Source: a virus (taxonomy: Duplodnaviria; Caudoviricetes). From it: a stretch of DNA of 39,365 nt. The stretch's first letter is position 1. Each line of letters begins with the position of its first letter. This document shows positions 35,028 to 39,365 of the stretch, one piece after another. A program made the position numbers and the translations under genes. The notes beneath the pieces were generated by a model. It made no database searches and was not told the origin of the DNA. It saw only the letters and a list, made by a program, of their open reading frames with translations. Where the stretch lies: positions 1-39,365 of the IMG/VR virus record IMGVR_UViG_3300048861_000032, one strand, 5' to 3'.

Positions 35028-35083
35028 TTTTTTAGCGTCGTGTTAAGCCCTCTTCCCTAGTAGGAAATGAGGTGCTTTGAGAG

Positions 35084-35098
35084 GTTCATGTTTTGTTC
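35084..35098 (+). promoter_or_regulatory. Alphaproteobacterial LexA (SOS) box
   Basis: GTTC-ATGTTTT-GTTC is an exact GTTC-N7-GTTC, intergenic and just downstream of a TTGAGA -35-like hexamer. Confidence 0.75.
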
Positions 35099-35130
35099 TT
35101 TTCGAGAGCATCGCTTTGGAGTGGGCTGAG

Positions 35131-35364
35131 ATGCACATCGACGACATTGTTAGCTTGGCTTTAGACCGCCTCGTGATTGCCAAACGGTTTGGGCCGCCAG
35201 CCGAGAGCGCAGAGCAGGGTCGCCTTCGTCAGGTAAGGCTGCAGCAATTCGCCCAGCTTCAATCACGCCTTCTGCAATCGCAGCGGACATCTCAGGCGCT
35301 AGTCCAGCCAACTCCAGAAACCGGACTATTATCGGACTATAGTCCACCGGGCCTTGCTCACTGA
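35131..35364 (+). CDS. Putative SOS-inducible small protein (antirepressor candidate), antisense to cI
   Basis: GGAG RBS at 35118-35121, ATG 35131, 32 nt downstream of the LexA box; 77 aa. Confidence 0.4.
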   Translation: MHIDDIVSLALDRLVIAKRFGPPAESAEQGRLRQVRLQQFAQLQSRLLQSQRTSQALVQPTPETGLLSDYSPPGLAH

Positions 35365-35596
35365 AGCCGACGATATAGTCGATCGACACACCCAGCGCCT
35401 TAGCGATCCGAGCCAAGGTTTCGACGTCAGGCACGTTGCCCTTGCGGTTCAGGTAGTTGTTCAGGCGCTGCGGGGTGATCCCTACACGCCGAGCCAGCTC
35501 GGCCTGGGTGAGAGGTGAATTGGACACCAATTCGCGGAGGCGCACGGACACGTCTATCATCAGCTCGCTAGGCAATGGATCGTCGTGTATTTCCAT
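35150..35596 (-). CDS. cI: Prophage repressor (XRE-family HTH, no S24 peptidase domain)
   Basis: 'LTQAELARRVGITPQRLNNYL...PDVETLARIAKALGVSIDYIVG'; divergent from cro; alternative start at 35560. Confidence 0.85.
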   Translation of the reverse strand: MEIHDDPLPSELMIDVSVRLRELVSNSPLTQAELARRVGITPQRLNNYLNRKGNVPDVETLARIAKALGVSIDYIVGFSEQGPVDYSPIIVRFLELAGLAPEMSAAIAEGVIEAGRIAAALPDEGDPALRSRLAAQTVWQSRGGLKPS

Positions 35597-35609
35597 CCAA
35601 GGATGTGCC

Positions 35610-35638
35610 TTGCGTTGCGTACACCGCTGGTGTATGCC
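35610..35638 (+). promoter_or_regulatory. Rightward early promoter pR with a perfect palindromic operator
   Basis: TTGCGT (35610-15), 17 nt, TATGCC (35633-38); operator TACACC-GCT-GGTGTA at 35620-35634. Confidence 0.7.
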
Positions 35639-35644
35639 GAAACC

Positions 35645-35902
35645 ATGCCAAGCAAGAGAAACCCCGATAGCGCGTTTATCGATGCCATTGAACCTGCCAT
35701 TGTGGGTAGTCAGTTTGGCCTGACCCCGCAACGACTCCACATGTGGAGAGTCCGCGGCGTTCCTGCGAATTATCGCGCGGCCGTTGCTCAACTTGCGCTC
35801 ATGCGCGGTGTTGCGGTCCCTGAGTGGTTTCTAAAGCCCCGCCCGCCGAAGCGGAGCAAGGCGCGCAGTCGCGCCAAGCCGGCCCAGCAGGTGGCGGCAT
35901 GA
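35645..35902 (+). CDS. cro: Cro-like repressor
   Basis: 'VGSQFGLTPQRLHMWRVRGVP' Cro-type HTH; divergent from cI; ends in QVAA. Confidence 0.75.
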   Translation: MPSKRNPDSAFIDAIEPAIVGSQFGLTPQRLHMWRVRGVPANYRAAVAQLALMRGVAVPEWFLKPRPPKRSKARSRAKPAQQVAA

Positions 35903-36303
35903 AATATACAGTCTACGGCATCCGCCTGCGCGGAGAAGCGGAAATCCGGTACGTCGGGCAGACTGCCCGCACCCTTGAGGCGCGACTGCTCAGCCATGTC
36001 CGCGAGACATTCGGCGGAAGCCGCCCCAGGCCGATGACGTTGTGGTTGCACGATAACCTTGACCGCGTTGAGATATTCCCGGTCGGTGAGGCCCAGTCGC
36101 GAGAAGAGGCGAAACGCTTCGAGCGCGCGATCATCACCCTCTGCCTGTCGCTCAACCACAGGCTGTTCAACACTCATTGTGTCCCACCAGAGCGCAGGAT
36201 CTTGCGCAACCCCTTCCTCGCGCCGGGCACCCCCCTCCCGAGTGGCGCGCAGGCCGATGGCCCGGCGGTATCCCCCCGCCGCCGGGCCGGAGGGCCCCTC
36301 TAG
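35899..36303 (+). CDS. GIY-YIG nuclease domain protein
   Basis: 'TVYGIR...IRYVGQT...RLLSH...E...LFN' motif set. Confidence 0.8.
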   Translation: MKYTVYGIRLRGEAEIRYVGQTARTLEARLLSHVRETFGGSRPRPMTLWLHDNLDRVEIFPVGEAQSREEAKRFERAIITLCLSLNHRLFNTHCVPPERRILRNPFLAPGTPLPSGAQADGPAVSPRRRAGGPL

Positions 36304-36486
36304 ATGTCCCCCGACACCCAGCTCCTCCTGACAGGTATCGCCATCGTCCTCTTCGTCGACGGCGCTGGTCTGCTGATCGCTCGCGCTCTCGTGGACGACA
36401 TCCACGCCATCGCGATCCGCGACGCTGAGGAACGCCGTGACGCGGGCGATCAGGTCTCTGACATCTCCTTCCATACGGAGGCGTAA
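36304..36486 (+). CDS. Small membrane protein
   Basis: N-terminal hydrophobic helix; GGAGG RBS. Confidence 0.55.
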   Translation: MSPDTQLLLTGIAIVLFVDGAGLLIARALVDDIHAIAIRDAEERRDAGDQVSDISFHTEA

Positions 36487-36488
36487 TA

Positions 36489-36965
36489 ATGCCACTGTCC
36501 CCCAACGTCTTGCCGACCCCCATCGCATTGACACAAAGCGCTTTTCGGGCCGCCGTGTCCGAAACGATCGTCAAACTGCAGAACGGCAGCACAGATCAGG
36601 ACATGGCTGACCTGTGGGGCGTGTCGGCCGGGACGGTGTCAAACTGCCGCAACAAGGCGAACGACCTGTCCGCGGTGCCGCTGCTGAAGCTGGCCCGCAC
36701 GTTCGGTCCCGCAGCGCTCAACACCGTGCTCAGCATGGTCGGCGCAAAGGCCGTCCCGATCGAGCACGTCCACATCGATGTTGCGGCCATCCCCTGCAAC
36801 GTTGCGGCGACCGTGCCCACCCTGATCCGCCTTCTCGCGGACGGTGACGCCTCCGACGCCGACATTCGCCAGCTCGATCGCGAAGGCGTGATCGACTGCT
36901 TCACCACGCTCGCCGACATGCTGAACCAGCGCCGCGACGAGCTTCGACTGAGGATTGTCGCATGA
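36489..36965 (+). CDS. CII-like transcription regulator
   Basis: HTH 'DQDMADLWGVSAGTVSNCRN'; position after cro; GGAGG RBS. Confidence 0.6.
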   Translation: MPLSPNVLPTPIALTQSAFRAAVSETIVKLQNGSTDQDMADLWGVSAGTVSNCRNKANDLSAVPLLKLARTFGPAALNTVLSMVGAKAVPIEHVHIDVAAIPCNVAATVPTLIRLLADGDASDADIRQLDREGVIDCFTTLADMLNQRRDELRLRIVA

Positions 36966-37117
36966 ACATCGGGTATCTCAACATCTTCGTCTCCGGAATG
37001 CTTGCGCTAGTCGCCATCATGGAGATCCGCGCCAGCAACTGGAAGTTCATAGGCGCACCCAGCGCCCTCATCCTGCTCGGCTGGAACCTCGTCACCGCTG
37101 CGGCGATGCTGTCATGA
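36962..37117 (+). CDS. Small two-TM membrane protein (51 aa)
   Basis: Hand-translated MNIGYLNIFVSGMLALVAI...; ATGA-coupled on both sides. Confidence 0.55.
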   Translation: MNIGYLNIFVSGMLALVAIMEIRASNWKFIGAPSALILLGWNLVTAAAMLS

Positions 37118-37263
37118 GCCCGCTCTCTGCAACATCGCTCATCGTCACGCTGTCGTTCGTATCGCTTGGCTTCTGGGCCATCGCCTGCGTCCGCATGGCT
37201 GAGACCATTGGTAACGGCTTTAGCGCCATGGCCGCGAAGGTGGAGGTGGATCAGCGTGATTGA
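37114..37263 (+). CDS. Small membrane protein (49 aa)
   Basis: ATGA-coupled; one TM segment. Confidence 0.5.
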   Translation: MSPLSATSLIVTLSFVSLGFWAIACVRMAETIGNGFSAMAAKVEVDQRD

Positions 37264-37798
37264 CGCCGAGCGCCCGCACTGCCGCCAGACCGACGCGTGT
37301 CAGGCTCGTGGGAGCGGCCATTGCCGATCCTGCTCCGCCGCGGCGATCATGCTGAATCCGGTCAACCGTGAGAAGCAGCGCAAGGGCCTTCGTACCTTCT
37401 TCGAAGATCCGGAGCGGTCAGCCAATCACATTGCCGCCGCGTGCCGCAACATCGAAGAGTATCGCAGCCGCCCCGGCGTCGCAGAGTATCTGCGCACACG
37501 GATGTCCGAGGTTCACGCCAAGAGCCAGACGCCTGAAGTGCAGGCCAAGTTGCGGGCAAATGCTGCGGAGCGCGGGAGGAAGCGCACAGCAACCGTCCTT
37601 CCGTGGTGCCCGCCGGAATACCTCGACGACTATCGGCTGATGGTTCGCAAGTGCGGTCTTCTGGCTGCCGAGGCGCGGGCCATCATTGAGGACCGCATGA
37701 GGCGCGACAGCCCAGAAGCACGGGCCAAGCGCGCCATCGCCGAATTCGACCGCGCCCAGCGTGAGCGTCAGGCCCGTCAACAGAGGGAGGCCTACTAG
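37256..37798 (+). CDS. Hypothetical basic protein with an N-terminal Cys cluster
   Basis: GGAGG RBS before GTG; 'HCRQTDAC...HCRSC' followed by basic helical repeats. Confidence 0.6.
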   Translation: MIDAERPHCRQTDACQARGSGHCRSCSAAAIMLNPVNREKQRKGLRTFFEDPERSANHIAAACRNIEEYRSRPGVAEYLRTRMSEVHAKSQTPEVQAKLRANAAERGRKRTATVLPWCPPEYLDDYRLMVRKCGLLAAEARAIIEDRMRRDSPEARAKRAIAEFDRAQRERQARQQREAY

Positions 37799-38007
37799 TG
37801 TTCGCCACCATCGCAACCGTCGAAGCCGTAGCCGCGACCGCCGCTTTTGCCGCGCTCGCCGTCCGCTACCAGGAGACGCGGACCGCGCTGCGCCGTGCCA
37901 CGTGGCGCGCCGATACACTCGCTCATCTCGAAGAGCGCCGCATTGAGCGCGCCAAGCGCCGCGCCGGCATCCCCCAAAATCGCAATGAGAAGGGTCAATT
38001 CGCATGA
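37798..38007 (+). CDS. Hypothetical protein
   Basis: GGAGG RBS; C-terminal 'RNEKGQF'. Confidence 0.55.
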   Translation: MFATIATVEAVAATAAFAALAVRYQETRTALRRATWRADTLAHLEERRIERAKRRAGIPQNRNEKGQFA

Positions 38008-38240
38008 CCGACAATGTATCAGCGGCTCAGCTTCGCCAGTTCGTCGAGCGCATCGAGCGCCTGACAGAAGAGCGCAAGGGCATCTCGTCCGACATCACCG
38101 ATGTCTATACTGAGGCCTCATCGCAGGGCTTCGACAAGCCCGCGATCCGCGAGATCATCAAGCAGCGCGCCATGGACGCTCAGAAGCGTCAGGAGCGTCA
38201 GGCGATCGTCGAGACCTATCAGCTTGCGCTTGGGCTCTGA
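38004..38240 (+). CDS. gapR: GapR-like DNA-binding protein (DUF2312/UPF0335)
   Basis: 'QLRQFVERIERLTEERKGISSDITDVYTEASSQGFDKPAIREIIKQR...ETYQLALG'. Confidence 0.92.
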   Translation: MTDNVSAAQLRQFVERIERLTEERKGISSDITDVYTEASSQGFDKPAIREIIKQRAMDAQKRQERQAIVETYQLALGL

Positions 38241-38243
38241 CCC

Positions 38244-38594
38244 ATGCGCCCCCGCTTCGACGCGCGCGCACTAGGCCGCCTGAAGGCCGGCGCCATGAAC
38301 AAGACGGAGGCGGCCTACGGGTCGCTTCTGGAGGCGAGGAAGCATGCGGGCGAGGTCGCATGGTATCTGTTTGAGGGCCTGAAGTTCAGGCTCGCCGACA
38401 ACACGTTCTACACGCCGGACTATGCCGTCATGCTCACCGACGGCCAGCTTGAGGCGCACGAGGTCAAAGGCTTCTGGGCCGATGACGCTCGCGTGAAGAT
38501 CAAGGTCGCCGCCGAGCGCTTTCCGGTCCGCTTCATCGCTGTGAAGGCCCCACGCCGCAAGGGCGATGAGTGGGCTCGTGAGGTGTTCGAATGA
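38244..38594 (+). CDS. DUF1064-like PD-(D/E)xK endonuclease (possible resolvase)
   Basis: 'MNKTEAAY...FYTPDYAV...EAHEVKGFW'. Confidence 0.8.
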   Translation: MRPRFDARALGRLKAGAMNKTEAAYGSLLEARKHAGEVAWYLFEGLKFRLADNTFYTPDYAVMLTDGQLEAHEVKGFWADDARVKIKVAAERFPVRFIAVKAPRRKGDEWAREVFE

Positions 38595-38875
38595 CCCCTT
38601 TCCAATCCATGATGCAGCGCCACTTCGCGCCCAAGCCGGTGGTATCGGTGGGCCGTGAAGTGGTGGCGCGCATCTCGCGCACGACCGGTGTTGCTCCAGA
38701 GGACATTACGGGGCCAAACAAAACCCGCCGCGCTTTCCGCGCGCGCCAGTTCGTTTGCGCTATCCTGCGCAAAGAACATGGCTGGAGCTATCCGCGCATC
38801 GGCAAGCTTCTGAACCGAGATCACAGCACGATCATCTATAGCATGCGCGCATATGAGCGGAGCGTGTCGCAATGA
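38591..38875 (+). CDS. DnaA C-terminal (domain IV)-like HTH protein
   Basis: 'DITGPNKTRRAFRARQ...WSYPRIGKLLNRDHSTIIYS'. Confidence 0.85.
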   Translation: MTPFQSMMQRHFAPKPVVSVGREVVARISRTTGVAPEDITGPNKTRRAFRARQFVCAILRKEHGWSYPRIGKLLNRDHSTIIYSMRAYERSVSQ

Positions 38876-39096
38876 CCGCCCTGCCCACTGTCAAGCAGCT
38901 TGAGGCCAAGAAGCCTAACGAGTGGATGCGCAACCACGGCGGCGATTGCCCTGTGCTCGATGATGCGCGGGTGATGGTTCGCTACCGTGAGGGCAGTATC
39001 TGCGGCCCCTATCCCGCCAAGGCTCTGCGCTGGCGCCCCCGGCCCGGCGGGCTCGGACGCGACTTCGACATCGTCGCGTACAAGTTGGAGGTCTGA
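38872..39096 (+). CDS. Hypothetical phage protein
   Basis: 'HGGDCPV...VMVRYREG...LRW...DIVAYK' pattern. Confidence 0.65.
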   Translation: MTALPTVKQLEAKKPNEWMRNHGGDCPVLDDARVMVRYREGSICGPYPAKALRWRPRPGGLGRDFDIVAYKLEV

Positions 39097-39098
39097 GC

Positions 39099-39315
39099 GT
39101 GTCCATAGATCCCGCCATCTTCCGTGCGCTCGTCGAGCAAGGGGCTACGCCTGAGATGCTGCTCGCCGTGGTGGAAGCTGCGGCTGCTGTTGACGAGGCG
39201 CGCAAAGAGAAAAAGCGGGCCGGGAACGCCGAGCGCCAAGCCCGTTTCCGCGCCAAGAATAACGCGAGTAACGATAGTAACGCGTTACATGGCGTTACGG
39301 AGCGTGACGAGCGTG
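39099..39315 (+). CDS. Replication initiator, N-terminal part (continues at window start)
   Basis: GGAGG RBS, GTG 39099, 'MSIDPAIFRALVEQGATPEML...KRAGNAERQARFRAK'; in frame with 2-613. Confidence 0.75.
39239..39315. repeat. 77-bp direct terminal repeat, right copy
   Basis: Identical to 1-77. Confidence 0.95.
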
Positions 39316-39365
39316 GGGGGGGGGGGGGGGGGTTGGGTGGGGCGGCGGGGGGGGGGGCGGGGGGA
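39316..39365. other. Poly-G tail, probable sequencing artefact
   Basis: Nearly pure G run beginning exactly where the terminal repeat ends; typical of two-colour Illumina no-signal reads. Confidence 0.85.

Larger units (their letters stand above)
1..39238. mobile_element. Complete temperate P22-like podophage genome (excised/circular form)
   Basis: Terminal overlap, intact attP, and all head, tail, lysis, lysogeny and replication modules are present with no host genes. Confidence 0.93.

Noticed and set aside
35597-35791. N-terminal extension of cI given by the ORF track (213 aa)
   Set aside because: It would run through pR, the operator and cro. The HTH begins after Met 35596/35560.
1-39238. 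Alternative genetic code or stop-codon reassignment
   Set aside because: All core genes are full length in the standard code, and TAG, TGA and TAA are all used as normal stops.
39316-39365. G-quadruplex or telomere-like terminal structure
   Set aside because: It starts exactly where the 77-bp overlap ends and interrupts an ORF that continues at position 78. It is best explained as a poly-G sequencing artefact.

Overview
The window is a complete, circularly permuted genome of a temperate P22-like podophage, 39,238 bp once a 77-bp terminal assembly overlap and a 50-nt poly-G artefact are removed. The host is almost certainly an alphaproteobacterium, probably Sphingomonadales (inferred from a GapR homologue, a GTTC-N7-GTTC LexA box, an RcGTA-like spike gene and high GC). 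Layout: a replication initiator split across the contig ends with an internal iteron origin; a putative late regulator followed by a promoter and terminator; TerS, TerL, portal, scaffold and coat; gp4/gp10/needle-like tail genes; three ejection proteins; a tailspike; a lysis cassette; an intact attP copying the 3' end of tRNA-Arg(CCG) next to a tyrosine integrase; a leftward early operon; a cI/cro switch; and a rightward early operon. The most notable items are (1) a repressor with no autocleavage domain whose 3' half is overlapped on the opposite strand by a small ORF behind a perfect LexA box, (2) a ~155-nt four-way-junction structured RNA candidate at 23248-23402, (3) a sulfotransferase-like/GNAT fusion inside the virion assembly module, (4) a nucleotidyltransferase-like gene and a Cys/His-rich gene inserted between the two spanins, and (5) a pair of opposite-strand membrane ORFs in the sieA position. 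All protein assignments come from motif recognition and synteny; no database searches were run.
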